64,000 bases of DNA from Minisyncoccota bacterium (GTDB lineage Bacteria > Patescibacteriota > Minisyncoccia > Phycocordibacterales > UBA9973): the NCBI GenBank assembly GCA_041659845.1, contig JBAZXM010000003.1, positions 4,641-68,640 on the forward strand, read 5' to 3'. The position numbers were made by a program, and so were the translations under genes. Position 1 is the stretch's first letter; every line of letters starts with the position of its first letter. The notes under the pieces are model-generated. The model was not told where the DNA came from and made no database searches. It saw only the letters and a program-made list of their open reading frames with translations. Of this stretch, positions 1 to 9,245 are shown piece by piece.

Positions 1-3000
1 TTTTTTTATAAATTATTCCTATGAGCTTTTCTGTCCTCTCGATATCTTCCTTTGTGACTTCGAATCGCTTCTCAACAATAGCCTGCTTCCCTTCCACGAT
101 TACTGGTTCAACAAAAAGGAATATTCCATTCTTCATTTTATACTTTTTGTAATTCTTTGAATTTTCAATCAGGAGTTGATAGAAAATAATCTGATTTTTG
201 AAACTCCATTCTTTCATTTTATCCCTTTCAGTTTTGTCTTTTTCTGAAACAGGCTTTCCTGTTTTAAAATCATATACCTCTACGTATTCATCGTCTAAAA
301 CCCTAAGCAAGTCTATTTTGCCCCCAATATGGGCGTCTTCTATGACCACCCCCTCGTGCTTGAAATCGACTTCAGTTTTGTCTGTATTCCTAAAATCTTT
401 TATCTTTTCGTCATAAAAAACATCTAGCGCTTCTTTACCCTTTTCCAGATATTTCTTCAAGTCTATTTCTGATATTCTTTTACGCGATAAAATTTTCTCA
501 AAGGATTCCAGTGTTTCATTTTTGGTCGGCAATATTCCGGTATTTTTTAATTGAATCAACGCAAGCTCTAGCACTCTGTGTATGGCAGTCCCAAAAATAT
601 TCGAAACACTCATCGGTTGAGGAAAACGCACCAAGTTTTGTTCAAAGAAAGTTCTTGGTCCATCACCATATACCAAATTCAAGAAATTGTTAAAATGTGA
701 AACACTCAGTATGTAATTCTCCACGAGCGGAGCAAGAAAAGCCTTTTCGTTTTCAATATAGGCAGGATCACTGTAATTAGGCGTTGTTGTTTCAAGAATC
801 GAACTGGTGTCTATGTTTTCATCCTCATCGCCCTCTTCCTCGGAGATGTCTCCGAGATTAAGAAACCTCACTTCCACTGCCTCCTTGCCATCGTCTTTGT
901 ATTTATATGTAGATAAGTACAAACTACTCTTCGCGCGCGTAAGTGCAACATAAAACAATCGCAAGTCATCGTCGTCATCACTACCCACAGGCTCAATCGG
1001 CAAATTTTCTGGAAGCCTAATGTTGTTCCTCTTTCCCCCGCTTCCCCAGTTATCATCCTGACAAGATAATAGAAACACTGTTCCGAACTCCAACCCCTTG
1101 GATTTATGCGCAGACATCAGCTGTACAGCATTCTCTGCTCCAGTGAAAGGACTGGTGTCATTCAATAGGACATTACTATTTTCATGAACATCAACAAAAT
1201 CCACCAAGTCTTTTACTTTTAACAAACTCTGACTTTTGTGATTACGAAGCGCGCTTATAAAAAATTTAAGTCCGGACAAAAATCGCAAATACTCAGGCTT
1301 GTTATGATCAAGTTTTTCTCGGCTGAAATAGTATTCTTTATACGGACTTACGAACGGGCGTTCTTCATTTTGTGTTTCAATAAAATCATCACCATTAGTA
1401 TCTGGAGCGAGCGGAACATGAGCACCAATCAAACTTTCCAAAATATATTCCACAGGCTCGTACTCTGCACGCGCGGACAAGCTCACGAAAAATTCTGCAA
1501 TTCTTTTTACTGAATCTTCTTCATGATTAAGCATTACAGAAATCCATGGAGTGTCTGTTTCTGTGTCGCTATTTTTAGGACGAGCACGAAGAGAAATATC
1601 CCAAATTATTTTTGGAGAGATATTCCAAAATGGATACGACAAAATCTCCGGCATCAAATTATCGCCAGCAGATGGCCCATTACCCTTATTTGCATTAAGA
1701 AATCTACAAATCTGAATGAGCTGGTGGATATGAGGAGTAGCCAGAATATTCTGCTGTTTTTCGTAAACAATAGGCACTTTGTGACGATGCATAAATGGAA
1801 CAATATTTTCCAGCTCTTTGTGTTTGCGGGAAATTACCGCAATCTCCTTCGGCTCGTGACCAGAGTCAATCAAATTTTTTATACGAAGCGCAATATTGTG
1901 ATACTGATGTTCTTTTGTGGAGAATTTTAGTTTTTTAATCTCACCTGGTTTTATTTCAAACCCTTTTGAAACAAGATTTTTATCAATATCATGGACAATA
2001 TTCTCAAGGCGATTTTCTCCAGTCACAATTACTTTTCGAGCCAAATCCAATATGTCCTGACTAGAACGATAATTCTCCGTCATTACGATAGTTTTTACAT
2101 CTTCATATAATTTACTGAATCCGGTGATGTTGGAAACATCTGCTCCTTGAAAACGGTAAATAGCCTGATCATCGTCTCCGACAATCATAATATTGGGTTT
2201 ATTTTCATTTACAGGATTTTCAGCAAGAAGCTTGATTAAGCGAATCTGCGCATCATTAGTATCTTGAAATTCATCCACCATTGTGTACAAAAATTGTTCC
2301 TGAAGCTCAGCACGAAGATTTTCATTATTCTTCATGGCTTGCACAACTTCCAAAATCATATCGTCGTAGTCATAATATCCTCTGCGATATAGCTCGTCTT
2401 TATATAGTCGATACACGGATGCGAGTGCCTTTAATTTATCTTGCGCATTGTATGATTTTAAAAAAATATTTTCATTCGTTCCACCTGTGTACTTTTTCTT
2501 CCAGTCGCTTATTGGAGAAGTTTTGTTTAGAGAGATAGAGTCTTCTAGTGCTTTTTTAAGCGATGAAATACATGAGATTGAAATCGGTCCGAAGTAATCT
2601 GCAGGGAAATTTGAAACAGGGATTTTCTCCCAGTCGGCAATTAACGCCTCAATTTTTGAAAAACTTTTTACAGACAATCTTTCACCAAAAGCCTCATTTA
2701 ATAACGAGTTCATTTTTTCTAGAACATTCGCATTATGATTTAGAATCGCATCAAATTCATTCGGGGTAATACCCGCCTTTTTCAATTGAGAAATTCTACT
2801 CAACGAATCGCCCAAAAAAGAAAAACCATTTTCTGGATGAAAACTAGAAAGTGGGTTTTTAAAATCTAAACCTTGGAAAATTTCAGTCATCACCTCTTGC
2901 TGAACAAGCTTGTCTGCCGGAAGCAGGCTTGCTTGGTTGAAAAAATATTCAGGATATCGACTGATTATGTTCGTACCAAAAGAGTGGAAAGTAAAAATAT

Positions 3001-3265
3001 TAACTCTGTATGCATCTATGCCAATAATCGTCTTTAAGCGATTGAGCATATTCACAGCCCCAGCGTCAGTAAAAGTCAGGCACAAAATCCCATGAGAAGG
3101 TGTATCTGTTTTATTTAAAATATTTGCCACACGCAAGGCCAAGATTTGTGTTTTTCCACTTCCTGGTCCCGCTACTACCATTACCGGTCCATCAATAGAA
3201 TCCACTGCTTCCTTTTGGGCAGGGTTCAACTTAGTGTAATTTTCTTCAAAAGCCTGACTTTTCAT
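1..3265 (-). CDS. UvrD/PcrA/Rep-family ATP-dependent DNA helicase with long C-terminal extension (possible AddA-like helicase-nuclease); C-terminus beyond left window edge
   Basis: Minus-strand translation from ATG at 3263-3265 gives MKSQAFEENYTKLNPAQKEAVDSIDGPVMVVAGPGSGKTQILALRVANIL (Walker A) and ILCLTFTDAGAV. The same frame near nt 1100 reads LMSAHKSKGLEFGTVFLL (helicase motif VI). The frame is still open at nt 1, so the ORF is absent from the six-frame track only because its stop lies outside the window. Plus-strand ORFs 198..3358 are antisense shadows. Confidence 0.8.
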   Translation of the reverse strand, partial: MKSQAFEENYTKLNPAQKEAVDSIDGPVMVVAGPGSGKTQILALRVANILNKTDTPSHGILCLTFTDAGAVNMLNRLKTIIGIDAYRVNIFTFHSFGTNIISRYPEYFFNQASLLPADKLVQQEVMTEIFQGLDFKNPLSSFHPENGFSFLGDSLSRISQLKKAGITPNEFDAILNHNANVLEKMNSLLNEAFGERLSVKSFSKIEALIADWEKIPVSNFPADYFGPISISCISSLKKALEDSISLNKTSPISDWKKKYTGGTNENIFLKSYNAQDKLKALASVYRLYKDELYRRGYYDYDDMILEVVQAMKNNENLRAELQEQFLYTMVDEFQDTNDAQIRLIKLLAENPVNENKPNIMIVGDDDQAIYRFQGADVSNITGFSKLYEDVKTIVMTENYRSSQDILDLARKVIVTGENRLENIVHDIDKNLVSKGFEIKPGEIKKLKFSTKEHQYHNIALRIKNLIDSGHEPKEIAVISRKHKELENIVPFMHRHKVPIVYEKQQNILATPHIHQLIQICRFLNANKGNGPSAGDNLMPEILSYPFWNISPKIIWDISLRARPKNSDTETDTPWISVMLNHEEDSVKRIAEFFVSLSARAEYEPVEYILESLIGAHVPLAPDTNGDDFIETQNEERPFVSPYKEYYFSREKLDHNKPEYLRFLSGLKFFISALRNHKSQSLLKVKDLVDFVDVHENSNVLLNDTSPFTGAENAVQLMSAHKSKGLEFGTVFLLSCQDDNWGSGGKRNNIRLPENLPIEPVGSDDDDDLRLFYVALTRAKSSLYLSTYKYKDDGKEAVEVRFLNLGDISEEEGDEDENIDTSSILETTTPNYSDPAYIENEKAFLAPLVENYILSVSHFNNFLNLVYGDGPRTFFEQNLVRFPQPMSVSNIFGTAIHRVLELALIQLKNTGILPTKNETLESFEKILSRKRISEIDLKKYLEKGKEALDVFYDEKIKDFRNTDKTEVDFKHEGVVIEDAHIGGKIDLLRVLDDEYVEVYDFKTGKPVSEKDKTERDKMKEWSFKNQIIFYQLLIENSKNYKKYKMKNGIFLFVEPVIVEGKQAIVEKRFEVTKEDIERTEKLIGIIYKK

Positions 3266-3301
3266 GAACTTATTATACAGGAAATATACACAAGAATATG
3301 T

Positions 3302-3329
3302 TTGACAAAAATTTTAGATACGCTACAAT
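3302..3329 (+). promoter_or_regulatory. sigma70-like promoter (TTGACA-16-TACAAT)
   Basis: ttgaca at 3302-3307 and tacaat at 3324-3329. It lies inside the 5' part of track ORF 3298..3648, which suggests the real start is downstream. Confidence 0.4.
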
Positions 3330-3390
3330 GGAGTTTCCTCTCTATTTTGATAGGATAAACCAAGTATTGTTGAACCTTAAAAAAATTCTT

Positions 3391-3648
3391 ATGCAAAAAA
3401 AGAATCAAAAATCAAACAGACAAGCTGTGAGAAAATCAGCTGAAAAATTTAAGACAGATCCAAGCCAAGAAAACTACGAGAGCCTAAAAGCATTAAAAGA
3501 ATCTTCAAGGCTGGGATTTGATAGTCTTGGTATGGGAAAATCAGCCACAGCAATAATTAAACAATTATATGGGCGATTTGAAAATCCAAACTCAAAAATT
3601 AAAACACACAAAACTAGCAATCTGATGCTGCCTGTAGAAATGGTTTAA
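3391..3648 (+). CDS. small basic hypothetical protein (track ORF 3298..3648; likely start at ATG 3391 after the promoter)
   Basis: ORF followed by a strong terminator. No recognisable domain. Confidence 0.35.
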   Translation: MQKKNQKSNRQAVRKSAEKFKTDPSQENYESLKALKESSRLGFDSLGMGKSATAIIKQLYGRFENPNSKIKTHKTSNLMLPVEMV

Positions 3649-3662
3649 TAAAAAAATCTGTC

Positions 3663-3692
3663 AGAGAGCTCCAAAATGGGGCTCTTTTTTTA
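3663..3692 (+). terminator. rho-independent terminator (AGAGC-N11-GCTCT + T7)
   Basis: Hairpin at 3665-3685 followed by tttttttat, between convergent genes. Confidence 0.6.
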
Positions 3693-4094
3693 TTTCTTCT
3701 CTAAATCAAGTGCGCAGGAATTCAAACAAAAGCGCTTACCGGTTGTCTCCTTCGGACCATCGTCAAAAAGATGACCAAGATGGGCACCGCATTTCGCACA
3801 TACGACTTCAGTACGAGTCATACCCATACTATTGTCTTCATTAAATTTCACTGCTCCTAGCAATGCTTGGTCAAAAGACGGCCAACCCGTGCCGGAATCA
3901 AACTTAGTATCAGAAGCAAAAAGCTCAGTACCACAGACTTTGCATTTATACATTCCTTTGTCTTCTGTATGTACATACTCGCCCGTGAAAGGCATTTCAG
4001 TCCCCTTTTCTTGGGTTACATAATACTCATCTGGAGTTAATTGTTTCTTTAATTCTTCTTTATTCACGCATATACATGCTACCATTTTTGCCAA
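3690..4094 (-). CDS. msrB: peptide-methionine (R)-S-oxide reductase MsrB
   Basis: 134 aa with two CxxC pairs (CKVCG, CAKCG) and the HLGHLFDDGP signature of SelR/MsrB. Confidence 0.9.
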   Translation of the reverse strand: MAKMVACICVNKEELKKQLTPDEYYVTQEKGTEMPFTGEYVHTEDKGMYKCKVCGTELFASDTKFDSGTGWPSFDQALLGAVKFNEDNSMGMTRTEVVCAKCGAHLGHLFDDGPKETTGKRFCLNSCALDLEKK

Positions 4095-4174
4095 TTTTAA
4101 GGTATAACTAGTTTCAGTTGGCCAAACTAATCAATAACTTGATTAGTTGCCCGATCTGCCTTTGGCAGATATAG

Positions 4175-4259
4175 GGAGGGTTCGCATAGAGGTCTAGTGC
4201 GCTCGCTTGGAAAGCGAGTGTGGGTAAAACCACCAGGAGTTCGAATCTCCTACCCTCCG
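4175..4259 (+). tRNA. tRNA-Ser (anticodon GGA), class II with long variable arm
   Basis: Acceptor GGAGGGT/ACCCTCC. Anticodon arm CTCGC-TTGGAAA-GCGAG. Variable arm GTGG/CCAC. T-arm AGGAG-TTCGAAT-CTCCT. Discriminator G. CCA not encoded. Confidence 0.8.
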
Positions 4260-4319
4260 CAAATTTTTTATGTTACAAAAAAAGAATGGCAGTTGTCGTT
4301 CTTTTTTTTGTTTAGTCTA

Positions 4320-4715
4320 CTAACTAAAATTTATCAAAAAATTATACATCCCCATACTGCACATTCCTTGTAGGGGTTGTCCGGCTTTGGGTATGCCAAG
4401 ATCAATTTCGGTTTCTCCTGTTTGAACTAATATCTTTTGGTATCCGAGCGATCGAATTACAAGTGATGCCGAGCAATCATATGTACTGTTTGTTTTGACA
4501 ATTAGCTTTGTCGGGATTCCCGCTTTCGCAATTGTTACATTAGGAAAATACCCTCCCTTAGCGTTGATGGTAATATATTGAACTCCATTCTTAATTTCAA
4601 TATTTTGTGTTGATCCCATTGTGTTTGCAATATCTTTTCTTGACCCACCGATAAAAATAATACCGATACCTACAACGAGAGCCAGGGTGATGATAATTGA
4701 AGACGTTTTATTCAT
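4320..4715 (-). CDS. cupredoxin-like (EfeO-N/Cupredoxin_1-like) putative metal-binding secreted protein
   Basis: N-terminal TM/signal (MNKTSSIIITLALVVGIGIIF) and C-terminal C-x-MGM motif (GQPLQGMCSMGMYNF). Operonic with the HMA permease. Start trimmed to ATG 4713-4715. Confidence 0.55.
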   Translation of the reverse strand: MNKTSSIIITLALVVGIGIIFIGGSRKDIANTMGSTQNIEIKNGVQYITINAKGGYFPNVTIAKAGIPTKLIVKTNSTYDCSASLVIRSLGYQKILVQTGETEIDLGIPKAGQPLQGMCSMGMYNFLINFS

Positions 4716-4722
4716 AAAGAAA

Positions 4723-5730
4723 TTATATATTAAATAAAGGATTGATAATGCCAAGTCCCGCAAGTCCTGCCAGAAGAGCAAAAAGTCCGAGTCCAATCAC
4801 AACAATGCCTGCTGATTTGAAAAAGAGGGGTGCATATTTTCCATGTGCGAATGATGCCGATCCGAATGATAACAAGGCGAGCACAGGGAGAGTACCGAGG
4901 GCGAATGCAAACATAATGAACATTCCAGATATAAAAGATCCGCTTGAAAGCGCTGTGACTTGCATTGACTGTGTGAATCCGCACGGTAAGAAGAATGTGG
5001 CGAAACCGATGATAAGCGGAGTAAGAGTTTTGTGTTCTATTTTCCTAAAGAAGTTAAAGATTCCAGAAGGTAATGCTACTTTATTTTTTGCAAATATTCC
5101 GACTAGATTCAAACCAAGAAGTAACATTACACTAGACGCGATAATTCCCAATACTGCTGTAAATGTAAAATTAATCCCTATAGCATTGCCAACTACTCCC
5201 AATAACCCACCAAGCAATGCAAAACTCATAAGCCTACCTGTGTGAAAAAGCAGGAACGTTTTAGTGTCGCTTATATTGTCTTGTGAAATTTTAGCTGAAA
5301 GTGAAAGCACTAGCCCACCAACAATTGCCAGACAGCTTGAGACTGATGCAATCAATCCTATGATAAAGCTTGTGGTGGGCGTTGTTTTTCCTCCGATACC
5401 GAGATTCAAAATACCTGACTTTTGGAGTATGAAGAAAAGCATTAGGAATACAAGACCGATTGGTATCGCTTTCCAAATCACATCGTCAGTCTTTTTCTCT
5501 TGAAGATTTTTTTCAACTGAGAGTGTGTAGCCATTCGGTTTTATTTTATTTGTGATTAGCTGTGCTATAGCCTCGGCACTTTCGTTACTTTCTGTTTCAA
5601 TGGTAACTGTTTCTTTTTTCAAATTCACTTGTGAGCCTTTTATAAAATCTTGCTCGTTCAAAATATCCTCTACTAAAATTTTACATGACGCACAATGAGT
5701 ACCTGTTATATGGAATGTATATGTTTTCAT
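4723..5730 (-). CDS. heavy-metal-associated (HMA) domain fused to DsbD_2/UreH-like polytopic membrane permease
   Basis: N-terminus GTHCASC (MxCxxC HMA motif). Multi-TM body with an LPCG motif. Confidence 0.65.
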   Translation of the reverse strand: MKTYTFHITGTHCASCKILVEDILNEQDFIKGSQVNLKKETVTIETESNESAEAIAQLITNKIKPNGYTLSVEKNLQEKKTDDVIWKAIPIGLVFLMLFFILQKSGILNLGIGGKTTPTTSFIIGLIASVSSCLAIVGGLVLSLSAKISQDNISDTKTFLLFHTGRLMSFALLGGLLGVVGNAIGINFTFTAVLGIIASSVMLLLGLNLVGIFAKNKVALPSGIFNFFRKIEHKTLTPLIIGFATFFLPCGFTQSMQVTALSSGSFISGMFIMFAFALGTLPVLALLSFGSASFAHGKYAPLFFKSAGIVVIGLGLFALLAGLAGLGIINPLFNI

Positions 5731-5749
5731 AAAGGATAATATAATTCGT

Positions 5750-6223
5750 CTAATACTTTTTACTCAAAAAACAAAATATTATTCCAGTCCAAATTGATAT
5801 AAGTCCAAAAAGTAATATTAATCCGGAAAATACGTAAGTTATAATTCCGAGATTAAGTGCAGTAGTAAGTGTTGTTGCTGTTATCCAAGTGTTACGAGCA
5901 TCATTGGGCACCATAACAGCCTTTCCTGTTTCATCAAGAATAGGATTATTGTTTTGATCAAGCTTAGGAATTTGTTGTGGCATTTCCGAATATGTTTTAC
6001 CGCCAGTTATTTTAAGTGTGTGAGTTCTTATAATGTCTGCTTGGGCTTTGAGTGTTAGAGGGCCGCGCACAGGAACACCTGGGATGGATGCGTCTTTAGA
6101 TGTCGTAATATTTTCCCGCGCCACATTATTATAAGTGAAGACAATACCCCATAAACCGCCAGAGATCATTACAAACCCCGCAATAATTGCCAGCACCGAT
6201 GAAACTAAAAGTAATTTTTTCAT
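5750..6223 (-). CDS. hypothetical membrane protein (N- and C-terminal TM helices)
   Basis: 157-aa ORF within the copper cluster. Confidence 0.5.
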   Translation of the reverse strand: MKKLLLVSSVLAIIAGFVMISGGLWGIVFTYNNVARENITTSKDASIPGVPVRGPLTLKAQADIIRTHTLKITGGKTYSEMPQQIPKLDQNNNPILDETGKAVMVPNDARNTWITATTLTTALNLGIITYVFSGLILLFGLISIWTGIIFCFLSKKY

Positions 6224-6245
6224 GTTTTTTATTGTAATAAAGATA

Positions 6246-6500
6246 TTATTTTTTTATTGTATTCCAAAGCCAAGCAAACATTTCGACAGCTAACACCGCA
6301 ATGATATTCCAAATAATAAGTCCTGAAATGAATGTTCCGAAAGTTAACACGTTTTGGAATGGACTAGTGTTCATGTGTAAAGCATACATCATAAATCCAG
6401 GGCGAATACCTGAAAACATCATTACTCCCAAAAAACAGACTGTGTAAACAATACTCGTCCAAGCCACAGTAACTTTAAAGAGATGGTTTGTGTTTATCAT
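6246..6500 (-). CDS. small hypothetical membrane protein
   Basis: 84-aa hydrophobic ORF upstream of the preceding gene. Confidence 0.4.
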   Translation of the reverse strand: MINTNHLFKVTVAWTSIVYTVCFLGVMMFSGIRPGFMMYALHMNTSPFQNVLTFGTFISGLIIWNIIAVLAVEMFAWLWNTIKK

Positions 6501-6546
6501 AATTTATTAAATAATTAACTAATAATATCTATATAATCTATTGTGA

Positions 6547-8841
6547 TTATAGCTTTTTTGTCTTAATTCGCAAAGAATTAGACACAACCGAGACACTCGA
6601 CATTGCCATAGCGAATCCCGCAAAAACTGGTGAGAGAAGCCACCCAAAAATTGGATAGAACAATCCGGCTGCAAGAGGGATACCGACGACGTTGTAAATG
6701 AAAGCCCAGAATAGATTTTGCTTGATACCTCGCATGGTCATTTTAGAGAGCTTGATTGCTTTTACTATTTTTGAGATATCTCCACCGAGAAGTGTAATGC
6801 CAGCAGATTCAATCGCAACATCGGTACCAGTACCCATTGCAATACCAATGTCAGCTTGAGCAAGAGCAGGAGCATCATTAACACCATCACCTGCCATAGC
6901 CACAATCTTACCTTGTGATTGAAGTTCTTTTATTTTGTCGAGCTTGTCGTGAGGTAGCACATGAGCAACGACATCATCTATGCCAACAAGCGATGCCATA
7001 TGCTTTGCGGCCTTCTCATCATCTCCTGTAAGCATCACTACTTTGATTCCAAGTTTATGCATATCAGATACGGCTTGTCTTGATTCAGATTTTACTTCAT
7101 CTGAAACCATTACAAAACCAATAACCATATCTTTAGTCATAAGAATAACAGGGGTTTTTCCTTGTGCTGTAAATTTATCAATCTTTGAAAAATCAAATAC
7201 TAATCCCAAATCTTTAACGAGCTTACCGTTACCCACATAATATTCCACATTTTTAATTGATCCTTTGAGTCCCTTGCCCTGAATGCTTTCAAAATTTGAA
7301 ACTTCAGAAATAGGTATATTTTTCTCCTCAGCATAGTTCACAATGGCATGCGCAATTGGATGTTCTGATTTCTTTTCAAGTGTTGCGAGAATGGATACGA
7401 TTTCATCATTACTAAGATTTGAAATATTTTCTATATCGACAAGAGTCGGCTTTCCGATAGTAATAGTTCCAGTTTTATCAACAATGACTGTATCCACTTT
7501 GTGGAGTTTTTCAAGAGTCGCCGCGTCTTTGATTAAAATTCCCTCCTTAGCTCCTTTGCCTACTCCTACGATAATTGCAGTAGGAGTAGCAAGACCGAGA
7601 GCACACGGGCATGCAATAACAAGAACACCCACAAATGAAACCAATCCATAGGATAATGCTTGCGAGAATCCAAGAGGTCCTATCCCAAGCAAGAGCCATA
7701 CACTGAGGGTAAGAAAGGCAATAACAAGAACAATTGGAACAAAGATGCTTGAGATTTTATCTGCGAGGGCTTGAATTGGCGCTTTACTGCCTTGCGCTTC
7801 TTCCACCATTTTAATTATTTGAGCAAGTAACGTTTCCGATCCGACCTTAGTCGCTTTGAATGTGAAAGATCCTTTTGTATTCATTGTTCCCGCAACAACA
7901 CTATTGCCGATCTTTTTTTGGGCAGGCATCGGCTCTCCTGTAACCATTGACTCATCAACAAATGATGAACCCTCAGTAATTATTCCGTCAACAGGAATCT
8001 TTGCACCTGGCTTTATGATGATAAGGTCGCCATGCTTGACTTCATTCACAGATATTTCTACTTCTTTTCCGTCACGAATTACTAGGGCAGTTTTCGCTTG
8101 GAGATTGAGCAGTTTTTCAATAGCATCACCTGTCTTTATCTTTGAACGTGCTTCAAGATATTTGCCAAGCGCAATAAAAGTAACAACCACGATCGTCACA
8201 TCGTAGTATTGATAATCGACATTTATGAAAGGTCGGAGTGTATCCTCAAGTGCAGTAACCGCGAAGCTGTACAAAAAAGCTGCAGTTGTTCCAATCCCAA
8301 TGAGCGTATCCATATTAGCTTTGCCATAGCGAAGAAAGCGATAAAAGCCGAGAAGGTAGGGCTTCCCAACCACAAAGAGCGTGTAGGTTGCCATCAAAGG
8401 TAAGAGGTGATGAAAGAACTCTTTGATCGTATAGCTCATAGCGGGAACTACATTGTATTGTGTAAAAATATCCCAGCCCATGACAAAAATGGCAAATGTA
8501 GCTAGCGGAATTGCAGAGAACACTTTTGTCCTCATATCAGCAACCTCGGCAATTTTTTCTTTTTTTGACTGATTCAATCCAAGATGCGCTGCATGTTCGT
8601 CTATTGACATTCCCATTTCTTCGGCCGTTGGAATCATAAGAGAGTATCCTATTGGTTCAAGTTTTTTATTAAAAATATCTGGATTCGTTTTTGTTTCATC
8701 AAAAGATATCTTTGCGTTTTCAGTGCCGTTGTTTACAGATATTTCTTCTACACCGTCTATTTTCTTTATGGCTCTTTCAATAATGCTCGCACAAGAAGCA
8801 CAGTGCATGCCTTTTACTTTGTATACCTTCGGAGTATTCAT
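6547..8841 (-). CDS. copA: copper-translocating P1B-type ATPase
   Basis: N-terminal HMA GMHCASC, CPC (ACPCALGLATP), DKTGTIT, TGDDEKAAKHMA and GDGVNDAPAL motifs. Confidence 0.95.
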   Translation of the reverse strand: MNTPKVYKVKGMHCASCASIIERAIKKIDGVEEISVNNGTENAKISFDETKTNPDIFNKKLEPIGYSLMIPTAEEMGMSIDEHAAHLGLNQSKKEKIAEVADMRTKVFSAIPLATFAIFVMGWDIFTQYNVVPAMSYTIKEFFHHLLPLMATYTLFVVGKPYLLGFYRFLRYGKANMDTLIGIGTTAAFLYSFAVTALEDTLRPFINVDYQYYDVTIVVVTFIALGKYLEARSKIKTGDAIEKLLNLQAKTALVIRDGKEVEISVNEVKHGDLIIIKPGAKIPVDGIITEGSSFVDESMVTGEPMPAQKKIGNSVVAGTMNTKGSFTFKATKVGSETLLAQIIKMVEEAQGSKAPIQALADKISSIFVPIVLVIAFLTLSVWLLLGIGPLGFSQALSYGLVSFVGVLVIACPCALGLATPTAIIVGVGKGAKEGILIKDAATLEKLHKVDTVIVDKTGTITIGKPTLVDIENISNLSNDEIVSILATLEKKSEHPIAHAIVNYAEEKNIPISEVSNFESIQGKGLKGSIKNVEYYVGNGKLVKDLGLVFDFSKIDKFTAQGKTPVILMTKDMVIGFVMVSDEVKSESRQAVSDMHKLGIKVVMLTGDDEKAAKHMASLVGIDDVVAHVLPHDKLDKIKELQSQGKIVAMAGDGVNDAPALAQADIGIAMGTGTDVAIESAGITLLGGDISKIVKAIKLSKMTMRGIKQNLFWAFIYNVVGIPLAAGLFYPIFGWLLSPVFAGFAMAMSSVSVVSNSLRIKTKKL

Positions 8842-8845
8842 AAAA

Positions 8846-9124
8846 TTATTGCATATTATATATTTTTAATAATTCTTTAACTGACCCTTCTTTGTCATTT
8901 TTTAATCTTTCAGCAAGACATGATTCCAAATGACCTTTGAGTAATTCTTTTCTGGCACTGTGAAGCAAACCTATAACACTATCTATTTGTTGAATGACCT
9001 CGGGGCAATATCGCTGATCATCAATCATCTCAGGAATTTTTGCGACACCCCCGATTGCCATATTGATAACCTTGCGAGCTTTTGTATTTGGCTCTCCATG
9101 CTTATGTTGTATTTGTTTTACCAT
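8846..9124 (-). CDS. csoR: CsoR/RcnR-family metal-sensing transcriptional repressor
   Basis: 92 aa with C-H-C ligand arrangement (RYCPEV..H..C), immediately upstream of copA. Confidence 0.8.
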   Translation of the reverse strand: MVKQIQHKHGEPNTKARKVINMAIGGVAKIPEMIDDQRYCPEVIQQIDSVIGLLHSARKELLKGHLESCLAERLKNDKEGSVKELLKIYNMQ

Positions 9125-9128
9125 AGAC

Positions 9129-9162
9129 CCTATAGTATAGGATATATAATTCTAGTAGTCAA
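9129..9162 (-). promoter_or_regulatory. csoR-copA promoter (TTGACT-17-TATACT) with palindromic operator CCTATAgTATAGG overlapping -10
   Basis: Palindrome at 9129-9141. -35 is RC of agtcaa at 9157-9162. Confidence 0.45.
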
Positions 9163-9245
9163 GAAATTTTTTATTTTATAAACTAATATTTTTATTAACT
9201 AAATAGATCTTGTTCTTCAAACACCTAAACAATTCTCTAGATTTA

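Noticed and set aside
198-3358. Eight plus-strand ORFs of 60-135 aa; no minus ORF listed; a possible alternative genetic code
   Set aside because: Hand translation of the minus strand shows one continuous UvrD-type helicase frame from 3265 to nt 1 in the standard code. It is missing from the track only because its stop is outside the window. The plus ORFs are antisense shadows.
4282-4303. Terminator after tRNA-Ser (AAGAA-N12-TTCTT + T8)
   Set aside because: The stem is only 5 A/T base pairs. Kept as a low-confidence note and not listed as a feature.
4730-5503. ORFs 4730..4984(-), 4742..5245(+), 5264..5503(+), 5291..5476(-)
   Set aside because: They sit inside the HMA-DsbD_2 permease gene in other frames. 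The coding signal belongs to the 335-aa minus frame.
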